64,000 nucleotides of DNA from Chiloscyllium plagiosum. Its lineage: Eukaryota. The first letter of the stretch is position 1. Every line of letters begins with the position of its first letter. The notes under the pieces are model-generated. The model searched no databases. It had not been told where the DNA came from and saw nothing but the letters and a program-made list of their open reading frames with translations. The stretch lies in contig NC_057752.1 in the NCBI RefSeq assembly GCF_004010195.1, positions 8,217,889 through 8,281,888 on the forward strand, read 5' to 3'. The position numbers and the translations under genes are program-made. Positions 13,301 to 25,788 of this stretch are shown here, piece by piece.

Positions 13301-14858
13301 AGAAATGACAAGAGCAAAAAAAATGCTTTGGCCAGGAACTCTTTGTACAAAAACATAAAGGAAACATGGAACTTGATGACTTTTAAAAAAAAAGATACAA
13401 TTTTAATTACCAAAAGTAATTTCAACTAAATGCACATGTATCACCAAAAATTAACCCTCCAAGTGCTTTGAAACGGGATGGGTATAGAATGTCTATAAGC
13501 AAATATCAGAGAGATTTAAAACTAACCAAGTAAGCAATTTATTTATTTGTTTCTGATAACCTCAACTGTAATTCTAAATAAAGGAAAAATAGAACATTTG
13601 TGGCATACGATTGCTGGTAGAAAAAATAAAAATTATCAGTAATTAAAAAAGTGAATTTCATAAATTGTTGGAGAAGGGAAGAACAGGTAGTTTGCAATTT
13701 ATATTACATTAAATTATGTGCTTTGATAAAGACTGTCAATTCATTACTAATCTTAGAGCACACTTTTTTTGTTTAGTTTATGTAGAGTGAGTCTTACCAT
13801 CAGTACCCCAGGAAATAAAAAAAACAATTTTGTTGCTTCACAAAGCTCAATGTATTTTGAACTTTGAGAGCTCAAAGCTAAGGAACTGTGAACAAGAAAA
13901 CACAAGATAACTTAACGATCAGCAGTAGCTGGGAGGCATTAACCCAAGTTGCTTCAGTGATCGTATTTCAAATGTGTGCATGTTATGTTAGCCCCCTCTT
14001 GCTTCCAGATTCCCTGATGCTGCATTTAAGAGAGCCATTTTTGATTTTAAGTCCCTAACCCCCACCACTCCCCAAAAACGTTCGAGTAAAAAGTCCCATT
14101 TATATTACAGGGCAAAATATCTAGCAGAAGACAGTTATTCACCCGTCTTCATACCCTCCAATTACTGTCCTGACCACAATTAAAGCAGGATTTATTTTGG
14201 TGGTGGGGAGGGAGGGGAAACAAAATGATTTGTTTTTATTGCTGTAAAACAAAAACTCTGGATTTAAAGGTGATTTAAAAACAAGTAACTGCAGAACAGG
14301 CACAATCTTTTTTAACACAAGCGTTGTGTTTTTTTTAAACCGACTTTTTTGTGAAATTAAACCAATTTTACAGAAACAGACAGAGCAACCATAGTGCAGG
14401 CAAAACTATTCCAAGTGCAGCAGCAGGAGAGCTCAAGTTGGTCTGGGCATTGCAATGCGTTGTCAAAAACTTTGCTTTCATTAGTACCAGAGTTTACAGG
14501 GTGAGCAAACAAAAGCAAGACTTCTGCTGACACCAAGTTTTCAAAGCATTCAAAAACAAGGGTTCTGTTGGATTTTTTTTTTGAACATTTGCGACATACA
14601 TAGTGGCAAACTGAAGGGTGGTTTAACTTCAGTATGCTACTATTGCTGAGGTACAATTCTGTACAGGCAGTTTGCCAGTGAGTTCATAAGCCCGCACCAT
14701 TTGAGGCAGGAGTAAAAAGCATCCTCATTTCATAGTTTCGGCAAAGGGTTGCTGATGGTGAGACTCCCTCTTTAAGAATCATATTTAAACTCAATTTTCA
14801 CAATTTCCCTGGGAAGCAACAATGGGAAAATATTAATTTTTCATAAAATCTTCAAACC

Positions 14859-16505
14859 TCAACTCTCTTCTGCACGACAGAGGAACCTCATACTTTGGGA
14901 TGCATTTGGGTAACTGACCATTTGAGTGGTGGTATAACTCATGGCAATTCCTGGCAGTGATTGTGTAACTGCCACAGGTGTAGAGATAGCAAGTGGTGCC
15001 ATTGAAACTGGTGAAGTCATCCCCTGGACATAGGGTGCAGAGATAGAAGCGCTAAGACAAGGAGGACTTTGGGATGTGGCTTCAGAACATAATGCATTAT
15101 GAGCTCGAGCTTGCGCTATCAACTCTTGATGAGAAATGGGTTGTGATCTCAGTGTCTGGTTGCTCAGGGTGGTGTGAGTCTTTACTATGCTACGGTTATA
15201 ATTGGTAACAGTGTGCAAAGCTGGGTGTTGTGTTGGGTCAGCCCCAGTGTTCAGGATCCCCAACTTCACCTGCTTGCGCAGATCTGCATTTTGTTCCAGA
15301 AGGACCTCATTAGTCAGCATTAAGCTTGACACCTGCTTTTTGAGTTCTTCATTGCGCTTTCTGAGCATATGGTTTTCCTCCTCCAAAAAACTGAGTTCAC
15401 CTGGGCGCAGACTGGGAGTGCTGTAATCAAATACTTCAAAACGCAGGCCCTCCACCCTTCTCCTTTTCGGATGCTGGTCGTAATCACATCTCTCTGTCTC
15501 ATAGAGGTCATCCAAACGGTCATATCTACAAATCTCAGGAGAAAGTTCTCTATCTTGTGACGACACTCTTTCTACACTTTTTTTATCATTGTCATCACGT
15601 TTCAAATGCTGGAATTTACATTTGGATCCTCTTCGACATTTGCCCTTTAGAAAGTCACGACAAAATGGGATCTCCTTTGTAATAAGAGGAAGATTAGAGG
15701 GTGAAAGCCCAAAGGTCACAGCCACTGTCTGTTGCAAGTGAGCAGGAAGCTTTCCTGTTTTATTGTAATAATTCTCTTCCCCCTTCGTCCCGTGAATGAA
15801 TGTGCAGTTCTCACGGGTACATTTACTATTCTGAAAGTACTGACAAAAGATTGACTCATGCCGCATGTCACCCACATTGTAGGCCTCAACATTGTCCGGA
15901 TGAAAGTACCTGCAATTCTTACCACGGTTGCAGACATTGCGCAGAAAGTCACGGCAAACATTCCGCTTGCTCTTGCTCACCTCATATTTGCTATTATTGA
16001 CTAAATTATCAGCGTCATCACTTAGATCAGTGTGGTTGGTGACCTCAATATCATCTGGGTGAAAATACCTGCAATTCTTACCACGATTGCAGAGATTGCG
16101 CAGAAAGTCTCTGCAAATGTTCTGTTTGCTTTTGCCAGCCTCATCATTGCCAATATTCACTAAATTATCAGTGTCATTCCTTACATCAGTGAGGTCAGAA
16201 GCCTCAATGTCATCTGGGTGGATATACCTGCAATTCTTACCACGATTGCAGAGATTGCGCAGAAAGTCTCGGCAAATGTTCTGTTTGCTTTTACCAGCCT
16301 CGTCACTGGCAATGTTGACTAAATTATCAGTTTCGTTCCTTATTTCGGCAAGGTCGGAGGCCTCAATATCATCTGGGTGGAAGTACCTGCAATTCTTACC
16401 ACGGTTGCAGACATTGCGCAGAAAGTCTCGGCAAACATTCCGTTTGCTCTTGCCAGCCTCATATTTGCCGCTGTTGACTAAATTATCAGTGTCGTTCTCG
16501 GACAT
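14859..16505 (-). CDS. ZC3H10-like paralogue, 548 aa, with six CCCH zinc fingers (finger 1 present four times), KRRR motif and coiled coil
   Basis: Uninterrupted ORF, colinear with the ZC3H10 at 46608..47810 (CRDFLRNVC, FIHGTK, GLSPS, CRDFLKG.C.RGSKCKF, KRRRV.GLRFE, FLEEEN.MLRKR.EELKKQ, TNEVLLEQNA, ASQSMR); splice acceptor ttctttttcttttgcag just upstream, exon start 16553. Confidence 0.93.
   Translation of the reverse strand: MSENDTDNLVNSGKYEAGKSKRNVCRDFLRNVCNRGKNCRYFHPDDIEASDLAEIRNETDNLVNIASDEAGKSKQNICRDFLRNLCNRGKNCRYIHPDDIEASDLTDVRNDTDNLVNIGNDEAGKSKQNICRDFLRNLCNRGKNCRYFHPDDIEVTNHTDLSDDADNLVNNSKYEVSKSKRNVCRDFLRNVCNRGKNCRYFHPDNVEAYNVGDMRHESIFCQYFQNSKCTRENCTFIHGTKGEENYYNKTGKLPAHLQQTVAVTFGLSPSNLPLITKEIPFCRDFLKGKCRRGSKCKFQHLKRDDNDKKSVERVSSQDRELSPEICRYDRLDDLYETERCDYDQHPKRRRVEGLRFEVFDYSTPSLRPGELSFLEEENHMLRKRNEELKKQVSSLMLTNEVLLEQNADLRKQVKLGILNTGADPTQHPALHTVTNYNRSIVKTHTTLSNQTLRSQPISHQELIAQARAHNALCSEATSQSPPCLSASISAPYVQGMTSPVSMAPLAISTPVAVTQSLPGIAMSYTTTQMVSYPNASQSMRFLCRAEES
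15861..16496 (-). repeat. Coding tandem repeat, 4 x 159 bp (53 aa), each unit one C-x7-C-x5-C-x3-H finger plus linker
   Basis: cctgcaattcttaccacg recurs at 15909, 16068, 16227 and 16386, exactly 159 bp apart. Confidence 0.97.
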
Positions 16506-18451
16506 GATTCCAGATTATTTCTGCGCTACTCAGCCAAGGCTCTCAATAAACAACTGCAAAAGAAAAAGAAGCCAGTTCTTTTACAATGAACAAGAGATTA
16601 ATCTACAAAAGTAACTGTGGTTAATCCTTTTCTCACAAAACATTGTAGTTGTACCTATATTGTTGATTTTTTTAAAACATTAGGAGATGGCAGAAGTTTG
16701 ATAACAAAATGGAGAAGCAGTTTTATTTTGATCAGGAATTTACTATAGTAATGATGGCAAAATTGTCAGCTTTGCCATCATTTCCTTCTGTAACTGACAG
16801 CATTGTCTGAAATTCACATGTACAAAGGATAACATGGAAATTGAGAAGTTGCTATCAGTGATTTTGCATTCCTCCTCTGAAAGAACCATTTGTCTTTTCT
16901 CACTTTTAAAATGATAGGTATTAACGATTTACAGGTGCGTTTCTTTTCTTGATTATGTCAGTGGTACAACAAAATAAGTAATAATCGCTAATAAGATAAT
17001 TATTTTAAAAATGAATTCTTATTGCAATTATACTATAGGGATTTTGAAATAGAGACGTACAATCAGCAGTGGAAACAAACTACTGAAGAAACGTAAAGAA
17101 CAGAGAAAATGAAATGGTGGTGATTAAGCTCACCAGAGCAGAGTTCAGTCTACCCACAATTATACATTATTGTAGCAAATACTATGTAAAGGAATATTGC
17201 AAACCCAACCTTTCACTTTCCACATGAAATTCCATAAGAGCTTACGTCTAATCTACTGTATAAAATTCTGACAGCTAATCATTTCAGACTTGGTCCTCAA
17301 ATTCTAGATTTAAGAAAACAAAAACAAACCACTTTTAACACTTAACACCACAGCTACGAAGATAAACGTTTAACTTAAGTAGTAGGATGAGAATATCTCA
17401 GATGATTAAATGCATTCCTAAATTGCAAACTAGCATATTGCATATACACACAATCATGGCATGTTGAAATTTATATTCATTAAAGGGTCCGCGAGGAAAT
17501 ACTATTGATGGAATTTTATAGATGAACATACATGCTACAGTTTCTAATTCATAAAAGCTAATTTATGAAAACGCAACTGAAAATTTAATGCAAGCAATGT
17601 CGAATTAAGATAAAGTGTCAACTTAAGATTCAAAAGATTCAAAAATTAAACAAAATACAAACAACTCAATTTTCTTCAATATATTTAATATATAGTCAAC
17701 TTCATTGCAAGCTGCTATTGAAATAAAGGCTGGATTCTAATCCCATAATCCATATTACATTTACACATCAACTCTGACTTCAATCTACCTCCTTCACACT
17801 CTTTAATGAGGCAGTAAAACATAGTTCCTTCAATTTTTGCAAAATATTTCCTTCTTTCTAGAATCAAAATAATGGACACTTTTTGTCTTTGATAATCGGG
17901 GGGGGGGGGGAATGCTTTATTTGTTAAAAAAATGTTTTTACCTCACTCCTTCTGATTTCACATCTCCTTTATTGCTAAACTTGTTCCCAAGAATCAATTC
18001 CTCTTTCATGTCAAAAACCTTTTCATCCCTATTCCCATCCTTCAGCACCTCTTAACACTTTACATCTACCAGAAACTTGAGTACTGTTCCCACAATCTGA
18101 GAGGTGGGAAAGGGGATGACTTTTCTGACATTGTTCCAATTTCTAGGCACAAGGCAAAAACATCTTCCTGTCAGTTAGCCAACTGTCTTCACCCCATCAT
18201 CCTTTTAACAACCACAAATCTTAATGTTTATTAATATAGACCTTCTCTGAATTTTCTTTTGTTTTTCCAAAGCTCCAAACATGCAGTCTTCCTACATCTT
18301 TATTATTATTAATGCAAAGTTTATAACCCTGAATAATTAGATGTTTGTTTTTGATTGGCATACACTTGATGGGCCAAAGGACCTTTTTCTGTCTTGTCTA
18401 TCTTTCATGACTTGAAGCTCCTTGCTCTAATTAATTATTTCCAAGGACTTA

Positions 18452-18982
18452 GCCATAGATATGTACAGTACAGACCCTTTGGTCCAACTCGTCCATGCCG
18501 ACTAGATATCCTAAATTAATCTAGTCCCATTTGCCAGCACTTAGCCCATATCCCTCTAAACCCTTCCTATTCATATACCCATCCAGATGCCTTTTACATG
18601 TTGCAATAGTACCAGCCGCCACCACCACTTCTGGCAGCTCATTCCATACACGCACCACCATCTGCTTCAAAATGTTGCCCCTTGGGTCCCTTTTATATCT
18701 TTCCCCTCTCACCCTAAATCTATGCCATCTAATTCTGGACACCCCAACCCCAGGGAAAAGACTTTGTCTATTTACACCATCCATGTCCCTAATGATTTTA
18801 TAAACCTCTATAAGGCCACCCCTCAGCCTCCGACCCTCCAGGGAAAACAGCCCCAGCCTATTCAACCTATAGGTTAAATCCTCCAACCCTGGCAACATCC
18901 TTGTAACTTTTTTCTGAACCCTTTCAAGTTTCACAACATCCTTCCAGTAGGAAGGAGACCAGCATTGCACGCAATATTCCAT
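18452..18982 (-). mobile_element. CR1 LINE 3' fragment in the intron of the paralogue
   Basis: ORF 18521..18982 MEYCVQCWSP...RRLRGGLIEVYKI...VVRVWNELP. Confidence 0.88.
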
Positions 18983-21162
18983 TCAAAAGTATTAATTTTT
19001 TATCTTTCATTCTTTGATCCAATTATTACATGCGGGTTAACCTCAGCTTTTCCAATTTCTGTGGTGTCCCATTTAAGGAGACTTAGTGGCCAAGTTCTTA
19101 ACGTTAGAAAATGATCTTGATTTGCACGTTTTATTTGCATTCAAGAATATGGGTCTGATAGCAGCACGTCATTGAAGATAGGAAGTAGTGAATAGCTTTT
19201 ATTTTAATTTATGCTACCATAGCACAAAGTGACAATTATCTAAAACACAAACTGATTTAGTTGCAAAGATATATATATAACTTATCGGTTTAATGCCTCA
19301 AAAGTTCATACAAGAACGCCTCAATTATCTGTCAAATTGCTTCAAAATCAGTTTATCAAACTTTTTTTTGAAAGAAAAAAGGTCCCAAATAATGAATACA
19401 GGTATTGAGTAAAGGAACAGCATGGCTTCCTGCACTGAATACATTTGCCAAGATAATGTTGACAAGTGCCATCAGGCAAAGTTACAAAGGCTGCACTTTT
19501 GGGAGTTCCAATCTTTCAGTTCAGCTCCAAAATTTCTGGTCCAGTTTTTTTGATATCTGAATGAATTTTAATGTTATTATGAAAGACAGGAAGGACATAA
19601 CTTTACTATGTTTTCACCCCCAAGAACTACAGATGGGACAGTATTTTGTACTCCATCTATGTCCTCAGGATTACTGTTTCTTTAAATATAACATAGTGAT
19701 TCAGTCCAGTCAAACAGCATAACAATCAAATCATTCTGCCCATCACTACCAACTGAGTACACAAATGGAAGTTATGATGTCGTACTGAGGAATCAGACAG
19801 GATAATATAGTCCCAGGTTCATCCACAATTTGCATTAATTCTTTTTAAAATCAACCAGGGCAGCAGTGGAGGAATAAAATAAACATACCTCGATAATTCA
19901 AATTAAACTAAAAGCAAGAGTTCTAACCTGACCACTATTAAAAAAAGTGTACACATGAATATGCAGCAAAGACAGGATTAAGCTTGGCAATGTGTTTCTA
20001 CCATTGAATAGTTATCAATACCACCTCAGGATGAGTCATTATCTTTAGGTGCAAGGGGATATAACTGGGCACGACAGAAGGAAAAACAGGATTTTTAGAA
20101 TCATCTCTAAGAATTTTCACACTATAGGGTGCAAGTCAACAATAACTACAAATAGGACGAGTTGTAAAGTTATCTGACATCCAAAGGAGAAAAATGAAAA
20201 ATTTACCCTCCCTCATACCTTTGATTGATCAACTAAAAAACTTACTGCTTTCTCCTGCTCTTGCTCTTGAATGGCAAAACATAGAGCGATCTACAAAGAA
20301 TAATAATATTTGGAAATAATTTTCAGTAATTGTCATTTTTAAAAACAAAAATCACATAATTAGAGTTTTTGTTTTAAAAAGATTCCAATGGTTTAGTAGA
20401 CAAATGTACTAACTGTGTGGCAATAAAGCACGTTTCAGTTTCAATCATTATTTTATTCAAACTGGATTGGAGAATCCATGTCAATGAAGTATAAAACGAA
20501 AGGGGGGGGGGGGGGGGAAGCTTAGGTAGCATGTCGATATTCTAGACTCAGATTTAAAAACAAAGATTGGTGTATTTCTCGCCACTTGGAAAAAAATGCC
20601 AGAAATTGAGCAGTCTTAATACTGTACAGGTCATGTTACCCACAAGAAAAATCGTTTCTGCATGAAGCCAACGGGATGAAGCGGTTTCAAATAATATTTC
20701 AACGATAAATTTGAACCAAAATTCTTTTGTGTCCCATACTTGAAAACGGTGTTTTCGGTATCCTTTAGATGCTCTTGCCTTAGATTTTCATTTAGATTGT
20801 TTTGTGTTCAATCAATCAATTCCTTGCTTTCATGCCAGTTATAACATAATAATATTACTGGACACGAATTCCTTCATTCCGAAGAACAAATCCGTTCTTA
20901 GGCCTACCGGAATTCTGACAGAAACTCGCACGAAATCGCACTGTTGACAGCTCTGGTGGCGGAAAGTTCTCGAACTTGCTACGAGGCTTCATTACACTCT
21001 AGGCCTCAACGGATTTACTCAAAATGATGCAACTGTCGGCGTATAAATAGAAGTAGGGAACTTTTTTAAAAAAAAAGTAACTACAGAAATAAATAATTAC
21101 ACTCAACCAATCCCGGAATAAGACCGATATATAAAAATAGAAAGAAACAGGGCCACATTTAC

Positions 21163-21242
21163 CTACACGGTGTAAGCCTTTTTTTATCCTCTAAGTCCTC
21201 CAAGCACAACGAATATGGACTCGGGTCCTCCGAGACAAGAGC
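21163..21242 (-). other. Putative non-coding first exon of the ZC3H10 paralogue (5' boundary uncertain), in a CpG-enriched region
   Basis: Minus strand gctcttgtctcggagga...atattcgttgtgcttggagga...accgtgtag|gtaaat is homologous to 33485..33569 and ends at a GT donor. Confidence 0.7.
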
Positions 21243-22005
21243 ACCCGTTGAAGACGCTATTGAAACCAGTCTACAGCCATTGTTTAATGAACAGTAACCG
21301 CTCAGCAAACGTTTCCCATCTTATCACAAACTTTCCTTTTTGTTCTTTCTTCCCCGACTTCGATATTTCCTTAAAACGTTTAAGATATTTAACTTTTTTC
21401 AGTTCTGAACAAAGGTCTTTGACCTGAAACGTGAATTCTCTATCTACAGACACTGCCAGAACTCTCAGAATCACTATGAAGCTGAAGGAGGCCATTCGGC
21501 CCATCCTGCCGCCACCACCACATTGCCACGCAGTGCACTTCATAGCATAACTAACTCGCTGTGTCAAAAAAATCACATCGCCCTTGCTTTATTTGCATAT
21601 CACTTTAAATCTATGCCATCGTTCTTTTTCTCTATGAGCAGGAACAGCTTCTCCCTATCCACTCTGTCTCCGCCCCGTCATAATTTTTAAACTGCAAGGG
21701 GAACAGTACCAACGTTTCCAATCCATCCTCATAACTCACCTACAGATTTACACTCAGTGCCACGTACATATTTTCGACATTTCTGTTCAGTAGTACTGCA
21801 TCACAATTCCATTTCATCTTTCACCTCTTACTTTTCAACAATGGCTTTTTTTCCTTTTAAGTGTGAGGGTATCATAAGCTTTAACAACTGATGGATACTG
21901 ACACCCTTCTGGATTCATCTCTTTCCATTTCTTTGACTCCATCCCTCCTTCCAGATTTCCAGAAGGCATTTAATAAAGGGCCATGTAAAACATTATTGTA
22001 GAAAA

Positions 22006-22215
22006 GGGCTGAAAAATGTGTTGCTGGAAAAGCGGAGCAGGTCAGGCAGCATCCAAGGAGCAGGAGAATTGACGTTTCGGGCATAAGCCCTGAAGAAGGG
22101 CTTATGCCCGAAACGTCGATTCTCCTGTTCCTTGGATGCTGCCTGACCTGCTGCATTTTTCCAGCAACACATTTTTCAGCTCTGATCTCCAGCATCTGCA
22201 GTCCTCACTTTCTCA
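22006..22215 (+). mobile_element. Short fold-back element with hammerhead core and 14-bp TSD
   Basis: TSD attattgtagaaaa (21992..22005, 22216..22229); CTGAAGA-a-gggcttatgccc-GAAA-cgTC at 22090..22117. Confidence 0.85.
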
Positions 22216-22229
22216 ATTATTGTAGAAAA

Positions 22230-22800
22230 TACAAGCTCATGATGTAGGTGGTAATAATATTGGCATTGACTGAAAATTGGCTAACTGAATGGAAACAGTG
22301 TAGGCATAAATGGTTAATTTCTGATTGGCAAGATGTTCCAGCATCTGCAGTCATTGTTTTTACCTCGTAATGGATGGTGTGTTACAAGGATCAGTGTTGA
22401 GGCCTCAATCTTTTACAATGTATATAAATAAGGGTTTGATTGCTAAATTTGCTAATGACAAAGGTAGGTTGCAAAGTAAGAGCACATAAAGAAGTGACAA
22501 AGGGGTATAGAGAGGTTAAATGAGGGGGAATAGATCTGGCAAATGGATATTAATGTAGAAAAACATGAAATTGTCCATTTTGGCTGGAAGAATTAAGCAT
22601 GTTGTTTAAACAGTGAGAAATTGCAGAACTCTGAGATGTAGACAGATCTGAGTGTCCTCGTGCATGAGTTGCAAGAGGTTCATGTGCACATACATTAAGT
22701 AACTAGGAAAGCTAATAGAATGTGACTGTTTATTGCGAGGGGAATGGAATACAAAAGTAGGACAATTATGCTTCAATTACAAGGGCGTTGGTGAAACCAC
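22230..22800 (+). mobile_element. Degenerate CR1 RT fragment
   Basis: Remnants of QGSVL.P..F, KFA.D and W.M..NV.K...VHFG motifs. Confidence 0.65.
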
Positions 22801-24809
22801 ATAGAATCGTAGAGATATACAGCACGGAAACAGACCCTTCGGTCCAACTTGTCCATGCCGACCAGAATTCCCACCCCAATATAGTCCATGATTTCCCATA
22901 ATTTGCAGTACCTTTGTCATATGTGCACTCTTCTTATCTGGTACATTCTCCTTCCTTCCACCTTGGTGCCTAGACATTAGGAGAAAATTTCATGCAAAAT
23001 CACAGGCCCCTCATCCAATTCTACTGGTATCACACATTTGCAATTGAACTTGTTGAAGCTTGGTGGCCCTTGGTGAACATTTTTAAAGTTCTCCAAAAGG
23101 TTACCTCAGCTCTCCAAAGAACTCTCGTAAATTTGTATCTATTCCTCAAATTCATAAATCTCATGAGTCATGTTACACAAAACATTTTCAATGAAAATTA
23201 GTTCTGAGTAAAAGCAACAGTCTCTTAATCTATGGACATGCAAAATTCCACTGCTCCTGCTCAGTGAAAATGGTAGTTGCCAGATATCAGGCCAGGATTT
23301 CTGGATTGAGGACTCTGTCACCATTTTGTTAAAGGTCCATAGTTCTTCCATCTCGATCACAAATCACAGTCTCATTTTGATTTGAGAAGAATATTCACCT
23401 TATGCCTAAATTCATTGAGGAAGGAATTGAATTGTCTTTTGTCTCGTTTGAGAAAATTGCTTCAAAGTTACAATGCCATAAAAAATCTTTGACAATTTTA
23501 TTACAGTTGGAAGACATATTTATATTTCAGGATTATGTAGAAAAATTGGAAAATATGAAACAATTTGGACATTTTATTTAGATTAAATCCAGGAATGAGA
23601 GTAACAACCTAATGTGTGCTGTAAGTCGTTGCTGTTTATCGAAAAATGATTTTAAAGAAAATAGCCAAGCAAAGCTTTCAAGGAATTCAGAGGTATATTG
23701 TCTAATAATTTAGACAGTCTGGCTTTGAAGTGACTAAGGGGTCTCTATACTAGTGGTTGTCTAATAAACCTTTCTTTTAGGAAATCAAATCCCACTGAGA
23801 AGGCTGTAAAGTTTCTAAATAAAGAGGCAGTAAAATTTGCTTGCAAACCCACAGAGAAGCTAGAGAAATAAGAAATGTGATTACTGAACAAACACTAATT
23901 ACAATGAGGAGGCCAGAAGGACTGAAATGACAGAGTTTTCTCAGAATATTGAATGAGTCAGAAACAAAACCAGAAATTGTTGGAAAAACTCAAAGTCTGG
24001 CAGCATAGATGGAGAGAAAGCAGAGCCAACACCTCGCATCTAGTTCTTCTCTTCTCTTGCATAACAGCAATAGAGTTCCCTTGACACTCACCCCACCATA
24101 CCATCATCCATATCCAAAGATCGTTACAGATAATGATTCGACCAACTCCAACAGTTTGCCACCACCATAAACATATTCTCATCATCTCCATTGTCAGCCT
24201 TCTGTAGGGAACAATCCTTCCAGGACATCCTGGTCCACTCCTCCTCCATTTCTACACATCTGAAATATTGTGTAAAGTCTTGTTGCTTTATTTAAGGAAT
24301 GGTGTAAATTGTTAGATATTGTTCAGAGATCATTTACTGGACTAATACTGGAATAGGTATGTTGTCTTCTGAGGAGATGTTGGACAGGCTAGACTTTTAC
24401 CTGCTGGCATTTGAAAGTAAGAGATGATTTGATTGAAACATTTAAGATCCTGAGATATCTTGACAGGGTGCATGTAGAAAGAATGTTTTCTCTTGTGAGA
24501 CATGCTAAAACTAGAGGTTACTGTCACTGGAAACCAACTGCTATGTGTGGATCAACAGTGGTAAGCGAGAGTCAGGATGCAAACATAGTTATCTGTAACT
24601 GCAAATTATAGTCTGAGCTGTATAAAAATAAATTTTATTTATATTTTCGATTGCGATCTGAAATGGGAAAACAATTGTTTTAAAAACCAAAGATAGTTGA
24701 AGGATTGCCGCACTTTTTAAAAGCCAATAACCTGACACTCATTGAAGTACTGTTTGTACTTCAACTGCTTGGTTTGCAGATGAGTTGGAGCTAAATGGTG
24801 TGTTTGAAA

Positions 24810-25415
24810 TGTAGAATGAAGTATAAAAGTAGGGAGGTTTTGCTAAAATTATGCAAGACACTAGTCAGACAACAACTGGAATACTGTGAACAGTTTTGGG
24901 ACCCTTCTCTGAAGAAAAATACACTGGCATTGGAGGCAGTCCAGAGGAAGTTCACTAAATTGATCCTGGATGTGGAAGGATATTCTTGAGGAGAGGTTGC
25001 AGAGGTTGGGCCTGTACTCATTGGAATGTAGAAGAATGAAAGCTGACCTTATTGAAACATACAAGATTCTTAGGAGACCTGACAGGGTAGATGCAGGGTA
25101 GATTTACCTTGTGGGAGAGTCTAGGATCAGTGGGCATAATGTCAAAATAAGGGATTGCAGATTTAAGACAGATGAGGTGGAATTTCTTCTTTCAGAGGAT
25201 AGTGCATCTTTGGAATTTTTTATCACAGAGGGCTGTCGAGGTTGAGTTGTTAAGTATTTTCAAGGCTAAGATAAACAGACTTTTAACCTGTAAGGGAATC
25301 AAGGGTTATGGGGATTTGGTAGGAAAATGGACTTGAGGATTATCAGATCTCACTGCATGGCAGAGCAAACTTGATGGGCTGAATGGCCTTCTGCTCATAC
25401 ACCTTATGGTCTTGT
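24810..25415 (+). mobile_element. CR1 LINE 3' fragment
   Basis: YKSREVLLKLCKTLVRQQLEYCEQFWDP; tail gggctgaatggccttctgctc...cttatggtctt. Confidence 0.85.
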
Positions 25416-25788
25416 GCATGGAACTTTGGTTGGCCAAGTGTAGTTGATTGATCTGTGAGCTAGTGTCTCGTTATCAATAACAAAGGCCTGCCAACATCTA
25501 CATTGATTGGTTCCCAGATTTCTGAACAGTGTGTGGGGATGAATGTTTTAGCAGAATCGCTGGGCCTCTGGAGGAACAGAGGCTGTTTTTCTTCTGTAGT
25601 AAAAAGCACTTGGGTCTGAAGGCAGCCAGTTTATTTTCTTTTTTTTTATCCAGAAGTGCTCTTAAACATAACAATTTTTTTTCCCATCACCAAGTTACCC
25701 ATGATATTTTTTCACCTGTTAATGTCCACCAGTAAATCATCCGCGTTCTCCTAATGATTAAGTTACATGCAAAGCCCATTAAGGGAAA

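Noticed and set aside
15861..16496. CRISPR-like periodic array
   Set aside because: Whole units are homologous and in-frame coding, there are no unique spacers, and the context is eukaryotic
14859..16505. Paralogue as a processed retrocopy or pseudogene
   Set aside because: ZC3H10 is natively single-coding-exon, the homologous acceptor and first-exon donor are retained, and the ORF is intact
16087..16614. 175-aa plus-strand ORF with repeats
   Set aside because: Antisense shadow of the 159-bp coding repeat
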